From: a virus
IMG/VR virus record: IMGVR_UViG_3300028394_002659
DNA length: 64,000 nt
Reading direction: 5' to 3' (one strand)
Shown: positions 9,838 to 19,949 of the stretch, one piece after another
Layout of the letters: the number at the start of each line of letters is the position of its first letter
How positions within the stretch are numbered: the first letter of the stretch is position 1
The notes under the pieces: model-generated
The model's input: only the letters and a program-made list of their open reading frames with translations
Told to the model about the DNA's origin: nothing
The model's database searches: none
Program-made: the position numbers and the translations under genes

Positions 9838-11034
9838 TTAACTGAACGATAGGTTCGAAACGGCTATCTCTCCCACATAATCTCCGGCATTGCCGAATGA
9901 AGATGCAGTGTTTGTCAATTCGATGTAACCGTAACGTGTCATGAATGACACGACTGGTTCGAATGTGCTTGGATCCAACACAACGCCTGAAGACATCAAA
10001 GGAATGTATGGGCAGTAGAATGCTGGAGCGTCTGCTTCTGAAGAACCTTTGTAACCGACCAACACTGGTGTTGTATCAGCTGCATAAGAGTCAACGAACA
10101 CACGCATGGCGCCGTTCAATGTACCAACAAACTTGGTGTTTGTAGGTGCTTCGAATGTGCCTTCTGTGGTACGTGCAAATGCGCTAGTTGTAGCAGATTG
10201 CAACACTGTCAAGGCAGCTGAAGAGACAACAGCATAGTTACCTGCGCCACGACGTGTGCGTTGGGCGATCAAGTTAGCAACACGGTTGATCAAAACAGCC
10301 AATGCGGCGTGTTCGTCACCAACGAATGTAGCAGTACCTGAAACAGTTGCTTGGTTGTATGTGAACTCAGTTGCTGCCAATGAACGCAGGCTCAAGAGAA
10401 TCTCTTGGTCGATTTCAGCAGTAATTTCTTGAGCCAAAGCAGCCATAATTTCTGCTTCAACGTCAATACCGTGCATGGCTTGTGCATCTTGTGCAGATTC
10501 AAAAGTCCAACGTGCTTGCAACTTACGTGTGCGAGCTTCAACGGCTTGTTTCAAGATTTGCACAGAAATTTGCTTACCGCCTGTACCTTCCATGGTGGCT
10601 GTGTTGTTACCAGTATAGTTTGTGGCTGTACTTGTACCTTGTGGCACAGTTGAATATGCCTGAGCAATCGTGAATGGTGACAATGCTTCTTGACCAGCTG
10701 ACACGCTTGTGGCGGCTGCTGATGTGTCAGTCAATGACTGTGCGTAACGAACACGCAAAGTGTGGATTTGACCAACTGGACCAGTCATTGGCTGAACGCC
10801 TACCAATTCGTTAGCAATAACGGTTGGCATAACACGACGGATAACTGGCAGAATCACACGGTTAAGTGTGGCGATGTTGCCAGATGCTGTGGAACCAGCA
10901 CTTGCGTTTTCTTTCAAATACTTGCGTGTATTCTCAAGGATAACGCCCATGCTGTTGCGCTTTGAGCCGTTTAAACCTTCGAGCAATGCTTCTTTGGTCT
11001 CGCCCCAGCGGCTTTCTAATAGTTCTTGTGACAT
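9838..11034 (-). CDS. gp23: Major capsid protein (T4 gp23 family)
   Basis: LVGVQPMTGPVGQI, RKLQARWTFESAQD, EIDQEI, FYCPYIPL and TRYG motifs; follows scaffold and protease genes. Confidence 0.97.
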   Translation of the reverse strand: MSQELLESRWGETKEALLEGLNGSKRNSMGVILENTRKYLKENASAGSTASGNIATLNRVILPVIRRVMPTVIANELVGVQPMTGPVGQIHTLRVRYAQSLTDTSAAATSVSAGQEALSPFTIAQAYSTVPQGTSTATNYTGNNTATMEGTGGKQISVQILKQAVEARTRKLQARWTFESAQDAQAMHGIDVEAEIMAALAQEITAEIDQEILLSLRSLAATEFTYNQATVSGTATFVGDEHAALAVLINRVANLIAQRTRRGAGNYAVVSSAALTVLQSATTSAFARTTEGTFEAPTNTKFVGTLNGAMRVFVDSYAADTTPVLVGYKGSSEADAPAFYCPYIPLMSSGVVLDPSTFEPVVSFMTRYGYIELTNTASSFGNAGDYVGEIAVSNLSFS

Positions 11035-11052
11035 TTAAGTCTCCTTATTTAA

Positions 11053-12141
11053 TTATAACCCTGCCAGGCGCTTTAAGTCGATCACATTACTGCGATCTTC
11101 CTGCTGACCACTTGGAACAGATTTATCCCCAGTTGCTACTGAAACGTTTTCTGTAATCACTTTTGAGGCTTTTACAGAGCGGTCTTCCAATACTGCTGGC
11201 AGATACTTTTCGAATGCGTTTTTCAAACGGGTTGTCTGTACGCTTTCAAGCAAATTACGCATAACATCTTGCTTCTCTTTATTAAGAGGTGCAAGCAACA
11301 TTTCCATGGTGCTTTCGCGCTCATTGGATTCTTTGATTATACGTATTTCACGTTCTTTTGACTCCACAACGACTTTGGCTCGTTGTGCGAGTCGGATGGC
11401 TTCCGCCAATTGCTTGTCACGGCGTGACAATGCACTATACAACTTGCGAACTTCTGCTTTCTCATTTAGGTGAGTAGCACCAAATTCACTTGCGTATGCT
11501 TCAAAGATACGACGACCAAAATTGTTCTCGCGAGCAATTCGGATGTCTTCTTGCAATTGTGAAAGTTCTGTCTTTAGATGACGGCTAACAGCCTGACTCA
11601 TTTTCTCTGCACTTTCTTTTACGAAACGTGTTTTGAGTGTTTCAAGTTTTGCACGAGCTTCACGGACCAAGCGGACTTTTGTTTCCACTACGTCACGTTT
11701 GTCTGCGGCAAACTCTTGAATTTCACGAGCCAATGCATGCACCATGAAGTTTTCTAGTTTTGCTAGTCCTTCTGTGTGCATCCGACGGTCTTTGCGCAAT
11801 TCGCCAATTTCTTCTGCAAGTTTGGTCACCAAGAAGCCGTTAAACTTCTGTGCTGACTCTTTGATCTTGTGTTGGAAACGGACACGGTCTTCACTCAAGT
11901 TGCGCTTTTCAGCGGCTACCTGGGCAATTTCTGAGGCCAAACCTTCTGTTACCATTTTATCCAAAGCCTCTACCATCACTGTCTTGTCATGCTCATAGCG
12001 TTGTGCGAACTCTTCACGTAGTTCTGCACGAGCCTGTTCACGAGCCTCACTTAACTTGGCTTCCCAAGCTTCTGTGATCTCTGTACGAGTTTCCTCGGTG
12101 ATCAGGTCGCTATCTAGCAATGGTTTGATTGCATCTAACAT
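11053..12141 (-). CDS. gp22: Prohead core scaffold protein (gp22-like)
   Basis: Coiled-coil, Glu/Lys-rich, GRRIFEAYASEF; lies between protease and capsid genes. Confidence 0.8.
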   Translation of the reverse strand: MLDAIKPLLDSDLITEETRTEITEAWEAKLSEAREQARAELREEFAQRYEHDKTVMVEALDKMVTEGLASEIAQVAAEKRNLSEDRVRFQHKIKESAQKFNGFLVTKLAEEIGELRKDRRMHTEGLAKLENFMVHALAREIQEFAADKRDVVETKVRLVREARAKLETLKTRFVKESAEKMSQAVSRHLKTELSQLQEDIRIARENNFGRRIFEAYASEFGATHLNEKAEVRKLYSALSRRDKQLAEAIRLAQRAKVVVESKEREIRIIKESNERESTMEMLLAPLNKEKQDVMRNLLESVQTTRLKNAFEKYLPAVLEDRSVKASKVITENVSVATGDKSVPSGQQEDRSNVIDLKRLAGL

Positions 12142-12154
12142 TAGTAGATTCTCC

Positions 12155-12790
12155 TTAGATCTTGAGTTCTCTGATGAGTTTTACAACTTCATTCTTGAGA
12201 TACTTCTGCACTTTGTTGTTTTCGCCTGCTTCCTTGGCTACCTCTAACAGTCTATGTCCGTACTTCATGTTCATGAGACTTTCATATATTGCTTTAGGGT
12301 ATGCATTGGGTGCGCTGGGTTGAGCAACTACATCTATAGTGACTATTTCGAAGTCACTTACATGTCCTGTTCTGTCGTCAACGTTGCCGCTGCCACGACT
12401 TGAAACTCCAAGTTTTATACCTGATGTTAACAGTGTCTTGATCAACTCGCCCATTGGGGTTGGTAAAATCTTTAACTTTCCACATCCGGTATCGCCTTCC
12501 ATCCACATACCTTCAACGCTGTGACACACACGGTCTAGATTAATTTTCAAATCATCCGGATGATCCACTTCACCTAACACTGAGTTACCACTTTTGATTT
12601 GCTCATTAATTGTGTTTACTGCTTTGCTGATTTCATGCATGGGGTAGACGCGGTCATTTGCATTGCGCTTGTTGCCTTCAATACAGATGCCTTTTAAATA
12701 GAGATTTTTACCGTGACCATCCGGTCCAGATTCTTCTAGAACCTGGATGTTGGCCTGATTAAAGGTAAGTTGTTCTCTTAGTGTTTTCAT
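12155..12790 (-). CDS. gp21: Prohead protease (T4 gp21)
   Basis: NANDRVY, LGEVDHP, GVSSRGSG and DVVAQPSAPNAY motifs. Confidence 0.95.
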   Translation of the reverse strand: MKTLREQLTFNQANIQVLEESGPDGHGKNLYLKGICIEGNKRNANDRVYPMHEISKAVNTINEQIKSGNSVLGEVDHPDDLKINLDRVCHSVEGMWMEGDTGCGKLKILPTPMGELIKTLLTSGIKLGVSSRGSGNVDDRTGHVSDFEIVTIDVVAQPSAPNAYPKAIYESLMNMKYGHRLLEVAKEAGENNKVQKYLKNEVVKLIRELKI

Positions 12791-12793
12791 GTA

Positions 12794-13627
12794 TTAACTG
12801 CGAGCAACTGGGCTCTTTGTGTTAACACCTGTTGCTTGTGCCAAGTGTGGCTTGGTTGCTGGGCTTGGTTTTTGTGAACCTTGGGCTGGTGTATTACCAA
12901 CTTTGCCGATCAAGTCTTTAGTCTGGTTGCTGTAAGCGCCCGGAGCATCATGCTTGCCACCGCCTTCGCCACCTGCGTGTACTGGCTTGACTGTGCTGCC
13001 AATTGGACCTTTTGCACCTGAATTTGCACTCACTGTGGACTTCTTGTTAACGCCACCTTCTTCAGATGTAACTGGCTTTGGAGCGGCTTTCAATGAAATT
13101 GCTTCCATCATGCCTGGCTGCATTTCGCCTGTGTCGTCCATTTCAATTGCGTCGCCGCCTTCTTCTGGACCAAAACCGTCGCCATCACCCATGTCGTCGC
13201 CGCCCATTAGGTCTTCAAATTCGGCCATCAACTGGTCCAATTTGTCTTCTAAGTTGAGGATGTCGTCTTTAGATGCTGGCTCTCCACCACCTTCGTCATG
13301 CATGTCTTCGATGTCATGAGTAAGATCATCGCCGGCTTCTTCAGCGCCGTCATCAAACTCAGCGTCTGATTCTTCGCCTTCCATGCTCATGTCTTGCTCT
13401 TCATCGGCTTCGATGTTGTCGATCAAGTCATCACTGGCGTCGCCGCCCATGGCATCTTCATCAAGTTCTTCTTCTTCGGACTCGTCAAGGTCCTCGTCGG
13501 CTTCTTCTTGCATCAAGTTTTCGTAAATCTCACGACTCTTGGCCACAACGATGTCATGGAAAAGTTCGCGAGCTTTTGCGTCTTCATCATTGATCACGTA
13601 TTCGATCAATTGTTCAAATCTGTTCAT
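12794..13627 (-). CDS. Highly acidic prohead core/internal protein
   Basis: Asp/Glu-rich; occupies the gp67/gp68 position between portal and protease; GGAG SD and TAAATA box. Confidence 0.6.
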   Translation of the reverse strand: MNRFEQLIEYVINDEDAKARELFHDIVVAKSREIYENLMQEEADEDLDESEEEELDEDAMGGDASDDLIDNIEADEEQDMSMEGEESDAEFDDGAEEAGDDLTHDIEDMHDEGGGEPASKDDILNLEDKLDQLMAEFEDLMGGDDMGDGDGFGPEEGGDAIEMDDTGEMQPGMMEAISLKAAPKPVTSEEGGVNKKSTVSANSGAKGPIGSTVKPVHAGGEGGGKHDAPGAYSNQTKDLIGKVGNTPAQGSQKPSPATKPHLAQATGVNTKSPVARS

Positions 13628-13712
13628 AAGGAAACTCCTATAGGTTAAAGTGTAATGTTATTTACACACTAGGAGAAAAACTAGCGGTTTATGGGGCCAA
13701 AATGGCGATAAA

Positions 13713-13934
13713 TTACATCGCCGGTGCTTCAGGAGCAGGTGCATACTGCTGACGCACTAGTTTGAGTTTTTCCTTGTATTCAACTGTGCGCACATCATTC
13801 ATCCGGCGCAGTTTGTTTAACTGACGCAAGGTTAGATGCGTTTTACGCAGATCGCCCAGTTGTGTTTGGCTGTTGTCTTGTGCAAGGTCCTGATAGGCTT
13901 CAGGATCTTTGTGCCAAAATTCATGTAGTATCAT
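13713..13934 (-). CDS. Small head-module protein
   Basis: 73 aa directly after the portal, basic helix RKTHLTLRQLNKLRR; TAAATA box 5 nt before the ATG. Confidence 0.65.
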   Translation of the reverse strand: MILHEFWHKDPEAYQDLAQDNSQTQLGDLRKTHLTLRQLNKLRRMNDVRTVEYKEKLKLVRQQYAPAPEAPAM

Positions 13935-13942
13935 ATGAATAT

Positions 13943-15736
13943 TTATGCTGCCGGGGCGCCTGCGCCACCCACGCCTCCGGGTACCACAGGACCTGCTGGT
14001 GCAGACCCAACTTCAGGTGTGCCCACACCTGCTGGCTCCATTTGAGCAATTTCTTCGCCAGTTTCAATGTCTGTTTGCATGGCGCCTGGACTGATACCCA
14101 CAGCACGTAGATCGCTGCCGGCAACTTTAAGTTCAGGATCTTCACGTTCTTCACGCCACATGTCTTCGTTTTCTTTGATTTCGCCTTCGGTCAGGCCCAA
14201 GAATCGTTCGAGCAAGAAGCGTTTTGACATGTAGGGCAGTGGTTCCAACTGCATAAACGCCTGTATACGTGTGTTATCCAGTTCACTTTGACGGTAACTG
14301 GCAAAGTTTTGAGGTGCATTAAAGCCCAGGCTAAACAGGCCCGAGTCTATGTTAAACCCGCGCCACTTCAAGAACATCTTGAATTCGTCGTCTAGTTTCT
14401 GAGCAATCAAGGCCTGTAAACGTTCACAATACTGGTTGAATCTATACTCTTGTATCAAGGCTGTGCCAACTTTTCCGTCGCTCAAAGCACGGTCTGAGTC
14501 GTCAGGTCCAGTGGGCAAGTAACTTGATGGCACACGTAAACCACGTGCCATCTTGTTGTTGAAGTATTTTAAATCGTCAATTTCGCCTAGATTTGCACCG
14601 CCTTGCAGTACATCTACTGACGAGCCACGTCCGTCTTGTCCCTGGGGAAAGAAGTAATCTTCGTTGATTGACAGCGGATTATAACTGGAATCCATCATGT
14701 TTTGTCCACCACCTGTCATGGTAGGGATTCGGCGTTGATGCATTTCGTTTTTCACACGTTCCACAAACTGCATGGCCAGGTGACTGGGCATGTTGCCCAC
14801 GTCAATTTTGAACACTCTGCGCTCAGGCGCACGGCTCACACGATAGATAAGAATAGCATCTTCTAAGAGTTCTTTCTGTTTGTAAACCTTGTAAATCTGT
14901 TCCAGTATACTGCGGCCAAACGGCCAAAACACATCCAGTCCTTCGTTCAGGCTGCAATGCACCACGTGCTTGGCATCAATTGTGGCTTCGTTCATAGCCT
15001 GCATGAATCTGCTGTTGCCCACGCCGCCCCCAGCACCGCCGTTGGGCATGGTGTAGTTTGAACTGCCTGATATGGTACCTGTCACAGGATTGGTCATGTA
15101 GTCTGTGGTGGTCTTGGCTGCCACAGTCATGTTTTGAAAGTTGGGGTTGATGTCACGAATAACGTATTGTTCCGGGCGCTTGCCTTCTGATTCGTTCACA
15201 ATGATACGCATGATCTTGCTCATGTCAACCCAGTACATTTCAAATGTTTCTGGATCACGCACAAACACTTGATCCCCATACTTGATGGTGTTGCGGAACA
15301 GTTTAAAGATACGCTGGTCTAGTTTGTTCAGTTTGACCCACTGTTGCATCTGCTTCTTGATAATTTCAATCTCATGATCAGTGGGCTTGTCGTTGTATTT
15401 TACGTCAAACGGTGTGCCGTTGGTTTCACTCAGTTGTGTGGAGAACTCAGCAATGATGTCCAAACAGGCATTGACTTCAGAATCCATGTCCATGTTTTCA
15501 TACTGGTTGTAGCGTTCCACACGATTGGGGTGGCCTGAGTATACTTCTGGTAGTCGGCTTGCATAGTTGCGAAACACAAAGTCTGCCTGAGCAGACGCTG
15601 ATCCGTTGCCGTCATTCCGAGGATAGTTTGGTAAACCAAATTGATTTGAGCCTGATATAGGACTCATTGTTCCAGAGTTGTCTGCAACCTTGAAATACTT
15701 TCGCCACGACCCTTTAGTTTTTTCGTTTTCAGCCAT
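13943..15736 (-). CDS. gp20: Portal protein (T4 gp20)
   Basis: LLEDAILIYRVSRAPERRVFKIDVGNMP, EDYFFP, GGANLGEIDDLKYF and LRVPSSYL motifs. Confidence 0.96.
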   Translation of the reverse strand: MAENEKTKGSWRKYFKVADNSGTMSPISGSNQFGLPNYPRNDGNGSASAQADFVFRNYASRLPEVYSGHPNRVERYNQYENMDMDSEVNACLDIIAEFSTQLSETNGTPFDVKYNDKPTDHEIEIIKKQMQQWVKLNKLDQRIFKLFRNTIKYGDQVFVRDPETFEMYWVDMSKIMRIIVNESEGKRPEQYVIRDINPNFQNMTVAAKTTTDYMTNPVTGTISGSSNYTMPNGGAGGGVGNSRFMQAMNEATIDAKHVVHCSLNEGLDVFWPFGRSILEQIYKVYKQKELLEDAILIYRVSRAPERRVFKIDVGNMPSHLAMQFVERVKNEMHQRRIPTMTGGGQNMMDSSYNPLSINEDYFFPQGQDGRGSSVDVLQGGANLGEIDDLKYFNNKMARGLRVPSSYLPTGPDDSDRALSDGKVGTALIQEYRFNQYCERLQALIAQKLDDEFKMFLKWRGFNIDSGLFSLGFNAPQNFASYRQSELDNTRIQAFMQLEPLPYMSKRFLLERFLGLTEGEIKENEDMWREEREDPELKVAGSDLRAVGISPGAMQTDIETGEEIAQMEPAGVGTPEVGSAPAGPVVPGGVGGAGAPAA

Positions 15737-16238
15737 TCTTTTGTTCCTGCATTAATTTACTTTCTTTGCGTTCTGCAAAATAACGTTTTAAAGTAGCCGA
15801 TATTTTTGCTGATCGTACTGGATCGTACGGACGTCCTAAATTAGCCTGTCTAACTTTTTCTCGATGTTCAGCGGTCACTGTGCCTTTATAGTTTTTACAT
15901 TGTTCAGGAGTGCGTTTCTTTCCACGATTGCCCTCACTAATTTTTCTTTTGGCTTCTTCAGAATGTTTCCACCCTACTGCACAAGCCCATTGATTTATTT
16001 TGATATTATCTAGAATGCCACCATCAAGTTTTCTCTTATATTTGGTAATGAGATTGCCTTCAAGTTGTTTTGCTTCTTCGTTTGATAATCCGTCTTTTAT
16101 AATAACACGTCGTTCTTTTGGTGGCAATAATGTGCTGGTATGCGGTCTATCAATACGTTTACCCGAACCTTTTCCAATATAGTAAGGTTGCCCATCTTCA
16201 TTGATATATTGATAAACATAAAAAATATTATCTGCCAT
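15729..16238 (-). CDS. Free-standing GIY-YIG/NUMOD3 homing endonuclease-like protein
   Basis: FYVYQY...PYYIGKGSGKR and HSEEAKRKISEGN; AT-rich; overlaps the portal start. Confidence 0.8.
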   Translation of the reverse strand: MADNIFYVYQYINEDGQPYYIGKGSGKRIDRPHTSTLLPPKERRVIIKDGLSNEEAKQLEGNLITKYKRKLDGGILDNIKINQWACAVGWKHSEEAKRKISEGNRGKKRTPEQCKNYKGTVTAEHREKVRQANLGRPYDPVRSAKISATLKRYFAERKESKLMQEQKNG

Positions 16239-16257
16239 AGTAGTTTATTTACCGTGA

Positions 16258-19062
16258 TTATGTTTGCATACGCAACATCTTGCTGGAGATATCGTTGTTG
16301 TCTTTTTGTGCTCTCAACAGGTCATCTAGTTTGACTACCGACTGTGCTAACAATCCATTCATGGAATTGAATGCACCCATGATGTCGTTGTTTGATGTTA
16401 CTGACGCTGGACCAGTAATTATTTCTGGTTTGCCGTTCTCTCCGGCAATGCCCAATTGGCCTGCAGGTATATCACCACCGTATTCAAATGCCGGAATCTC
16501 CACGTGGAAGTGTCCTTTGCCCACAGCATTGGCACTGGGGTTGCGGTACTCGTCTATGGCTAGACTGGCACCCATGCTTTTGAGCCAGTTGGTAATTTGT
16601 TTTCCGTCCTCTACGCTAGGTTCCCGGACCGTGGTAAAGTCAGCGGCCAGTCCTTGTGTGTGTTTGCTAGACGGTGCTTTTTCTTGATGGAACTTGTCAT
16701 TGAATGCCGAGAAATAACCAAACCCAGGAACGCCGCCTTGTATGGCTTTGGCCATTTCAATCAGTTTGGGACTGATACCTGCACCGCCAATCTGTACATC
16801 GCCTGACTTGATATTCAAGCCCATCTTTGCTAAATCTGACTGTGATGTTGCTTGTAGTCCCTGACCACCGCCCATGCCCATCATGTTGGTGGCCTTGGGC
16901 ATTTGTAGTCCGGAACCGCTACCCATGTTACCTTTTGTTGATGCTTGAAAGGCTGTAGACAGCGAACTCATGGATCCAAACATCGAACTAAACATTTTTC
17001 CTATATTTGAATTTTCATCCTTGGGATCATTATCTTCAACTTGATCGATTACATCTTTCATGAATCCACCATAGATATCAAAATATTGTTTCTGCAAATC
17101 ACTAAACTTTTTCTGACGTACAGTGTCCACATCAAGTGTTTTTTCTTGTTTTTTTACATCCTTGTACATCTCATCAATGGCTTGGGAGAAGTTGTCACCT
17201 ATGGCAGCACCTGCGCCAAGTCTGTTGTTTGGCACAATATCTCCTGCGGCTTTGGGCACAAAAATTTCAGGCCCTTCTTCACCCACCACATAAGGAGTGT
17301 CTTTACCAACTGGTCCGCCTGCGGCTCGGGCGCCAACAGCGTCCATGGCAGCACCACTGCCAAAATATCCCAGGCCGCCGCCTAGAAGCGCACCTAGTGC
17401 TGTAAGAATCGGTATTGCAAGTGCCCCAGTACCACCAGTAGCCAGCGTGAGCGCACTACCGGCTTGGAATCCCATTGTACCACCTTTAACAGCTCCATAG
17501 CCTGCTGCCGCTACTTGAGTGCCTGTAGCCACCGCGCTCTGACTGGGATTTAATTTTTTCAAGAACGCACCCAGTGCTTCGATGGCTTCCATTATTCTCT
17601 CAACAAATTTCATCAAAGAACTGGCAGCAGCCATGGATGCCTCTTGCATGCTCTTGGACATGCTCATCGCTCTATCTGCATTGTCCAACATACTACGTTC
17701 CAGGAGTTCATTGGCTTTTATCTGTGACTGAACAAAGTCAGACATCTTCTTGGTCAATCCATCTGCTCCGGACACTTGCCTCTTTTGATCTTCATCAATT
17801 TTTAGTCGGGCTTTTTCCAAGCCGTCACCCATGGTCATGGCTTTTAGTGCCAGGTCGCCAGCAAAACTACCATACAGGTTATCATATTGACCCAACATGG
17901 CAGATGATCGCATGGAATCTGCTGTTTCGCCATGTGCCCGGCCTATCATCTGCGCCGCCCCGGCCGATTTTATTAGACCTGCTGACAACTGGTCTGACGC
18001 TTCTAAACTTTTACCATTGCTGACTCTGTATTCTTGTATGGCTGCTTCTGTACCCAGCATGCCCACGCTTAGGTCAGCAAAACCTTGAGCAGCTTTTTTG
18101 TTTTGACTTCTCATCATGAGATAAGTGTCTTCAAGTTCCTTGGCCTCAGCGTGTTTGTTCTGCGATCTTAACTCTTCTAATTTGGCGGCAAAACGTTCCT
18201 GAGCGCGAATTTCTTCACGAGCATCCTCTTGCTCTTTGCGAGTCAGACCTGTCAATTTTGTCAGTGCATCTTGCTCAAGCATGTATCTCTTGGTGCTTTC
18301 AGCAAGTTCTTGAGTTGTTTTGTTTTGTGTCTGGCCAACTCTGCTTTGTAGTTTGATAAAGCCGGCCATGCTTGAGTTGATCTCTTGGGTGGTCATGCCC
18401 AGATTAAAGAATCCAACTCTGCTGGAGTCAAGTTCTGCACCCAGTTCTGCAAAGCGTTTTCTACCATCGCCAACTGATCCTGCAAACAAGGCAAAGTCTT
18501 TGGAGTTTTCGGCTACCAACTGAACAAAGCTATCCAGTTCGCCCATGCTCAGGCCCAGTTTCTTGGCATCTTCAAACAGGCCGGTCATGCCATCACTGGC
18601 AGCGCCCCCGGCCTTGTACATACCCTGGTAACCCTTGTGCAGTTTGTCCACCATCTCCAGAGTCATTTGATTGAACTTGATCATGGCTGTCACACCCAGA
18701 GTCAAGGCTGCAACAAAGGCTTTGACTATGATACCGCCAGGTATCATCAAGGCCAAGGCTGCACCTGCTGCCGTGGCTGCCGTGGCCAATTCACCCAGTG
18801 CGTCGTTCATGGCAGCGGCACCTTTTTTGCCTTCGGCCATGGACTTGGCGCCGGCCAGCAGTGCCGATCCTAGACTTGTGAGTGCATTGCTAGCCTGTGC
18901 CACACCTGCTGAGAAGTTGTTGATGCCATATTTGGCCTTCATATTGGCGTCTGTTTTGGCCTGCTCAGACTGAACGGTGGTCCGTCCGTAGAAAGCCATC
19001 TCTTCGGTGAGTTTGGCCAATGTTTGGGCTAGTTCTTGTGCTTGCTGATTTGCGTCCGCCAT
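16258..19062 (-). CDS. Tape-measure/baseplate hub-like protein with a C-terminal M15-type peptidase domain
   Basis: Long Ala-rich helical region with hydrophobic stretches; two GG......VGE.GPE motifs; SKHTQGLAAD...HFH Zn-peptidase motif. Confidence 0.75.
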   Translation of the reverse strand: MADANQQAQELAQTLAKLTEEMAFYGRTTVQSEQAKTDANMKAKYGINNFSAGVAQASNALTSLGSALLAGAKSMAEGKKGAAAMNDALGELATAATAAGAALALMIPGGIIVKAFVAALTLGVTAMIKFNQMTLEMVDKLHKGYQGMYKAGGAASDGMTGLFEDAKKLGLSMGELDSFVQLVAENSKDFALFAGSVGDGRKRFAELGAELDSSRVGFFNLGMTTQEINSSMAGFIKLQSRVGQTQNKTTQELAESTKRYMLEQDALTKLTGLTRKEQEDAREEIRAQERFAAKLEELRSQNKHAEAKELEDTYLMMRSQNKKAAQGFADLSVGMLGTEAAIQEYRVSNGKSLEASDQLSAGLIKSAGAAQMIGRAHGETADSMRSSAMLGQYDNLYGSFAGDLALKAMTMGDGLEKARLKIDEDQKRQVSGADGLTKKMSDFVQSQIKANELLERSMLDNADRAMSMSKSMQEASMAAASSLMKFVERIMEAIEALGAFLKKLNPSQSAVATGTQVAAAGYGAVKGGTMGFQAGSALTLATGGTGALAIPILTALGALLGGGLGYFGSGAAMDAVGARAAGGPVGKDTPYVVGEEGPEIFVPKAAGDIVPNNRLGAGAAIGDNFSQAIDEMYKDVKKQEKTLDVDTVRQKKFSDLQKQYFDIYGGFMKDVIDQVEDNDPKDENSNIGKMFSSMFGSMSSLSTAFQASTKGNMGSGSGLQMPKATNMMGMGGGQGLQATSQSDLAKMGLNIKSGDVQIGGAGISPKLIEMAKAIQGGVPGFGYFSAFNDKFHQEKAPSSKHTQGLAADFTTVREPSVEDGKQITNWLKSMGASLAIDEYRNPSANAVGKGHFHVEIPAFEYGGDIPAGQLGIAGENGKPEIITGPASVTSNNDIMGAFNSMNGLLAQSVVKLDDLLRAQKDNNDISSKMLRMQT

Positions 19063-19071
19063 GATTTAGTG

Positions 19072-19097
19072 CCTATAAGTAGTTGTATATTTATAGG
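19072..19097. promoter_or_regulatory. Divergent pair of T4-type late promoters
   Basis: CCTATAAGTA on + and CCTATAAATA on - form a 9/10 inverted repeat; TATAAATA is the T4 gp55 consensus. Confidence 0.65.
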
Positions 19098-19103
19098 TGA
19101 AAT

Positions 19104-19949
19104 ATGACTCAAACTGCAAACCCGCTGAAACAATTTTTTAGACAACCCTCCATTTATTTGAGTTTGCCATCAGGCGGACGTCATTGGCCTGCCACAGCAT
19201 TGACCATGCCTGAAAATCGAGAATTGCCAGTTTATCCCATGACTGCCATAGACGAAATTACCTATCGTACTCCTGATGCATTATTCAGCGGACAGGCAGT
19301 GATCAACGTGATTCACAGTTGTGTGCCCAATATCAAAAATGCCTGGGAAATACCCGGAATTGATTTGAATGCTGTGCTGATCGCCATAAGAATTGCCAGT
19401 TATGGCCATGAAATGGAAATTGGTACTATATGTCCTGCTTGCAAAACCGAGTCCGACTTTGGCGTAGATTTACGCATGGTACTGGACAGCATCAGAGAAC
19501 CTGACTACTCAACTCCAATTCAGCATGGTGATTTGGAAATAACACTCATGCCTGTGACCTATCGCAATCAAAATTCCATAGGTGCCAAGCAATATGAACA
19601 ACAACGTGCTGTGCAACAGATTCAAAACAACGATACCTTGAGTGACGAAGAAAAAATCAAACAACTCAACGAACTCATGCACACCATAACCGAACTTACA
19701 ATCGAAACACTCAAGTTCAACATAGCCAGCATACGCACCCCAGATGCCTTGGTAACTGAAATTGATTTCATACGTGATTTCTTGGTCAACTGTGATCGTA
19801 AACTGTATCAAGAAATTCGAGATCGTGTGATCGAATTGCGCATGTCTGCTGATGTCAAATCCTTAGATATCACATGTCCAAATTGCAGTCATATTCACAA
19901 GCAAGAACTAACCCTGGATCAAGCGGCTTTTTTCGCCGTCGCCTCCTAA
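19104..19949 (+). CDS. gp26: Baseplate hub assembly protein (T4 gp26-like)
   Basis: NPLKQFFRQP..YLSLPSGG, PMTAIDE, IAIRIASYG, two CP.C motifs, ..FF near the C-terminus. Confidence 0.8.
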   Translation: MTQTANPLKQFFRQPSIYLSLPSGGRHWPATALTMPENRELPVYPMTAIDEITYRTPDALFSGQAVINVIHSCVPNIKNAWEIPGIDLNAVLIAIRIASYGHEMEIGTICPACKTESDFGVDLRMVLDSIREPDYSTPIQHGDLEITLMPVTYRNQNSIGAKQYEQQRAVQQIQNNDTLSDEEKIKQLNELMHTITELTIETLKFNIASIRTPDALVTEIDFIRDFLVNCDRKLYQEIRDRVIELRMSADVKSLDITCPNCSHIHKQELTLDQAAFFAVAS

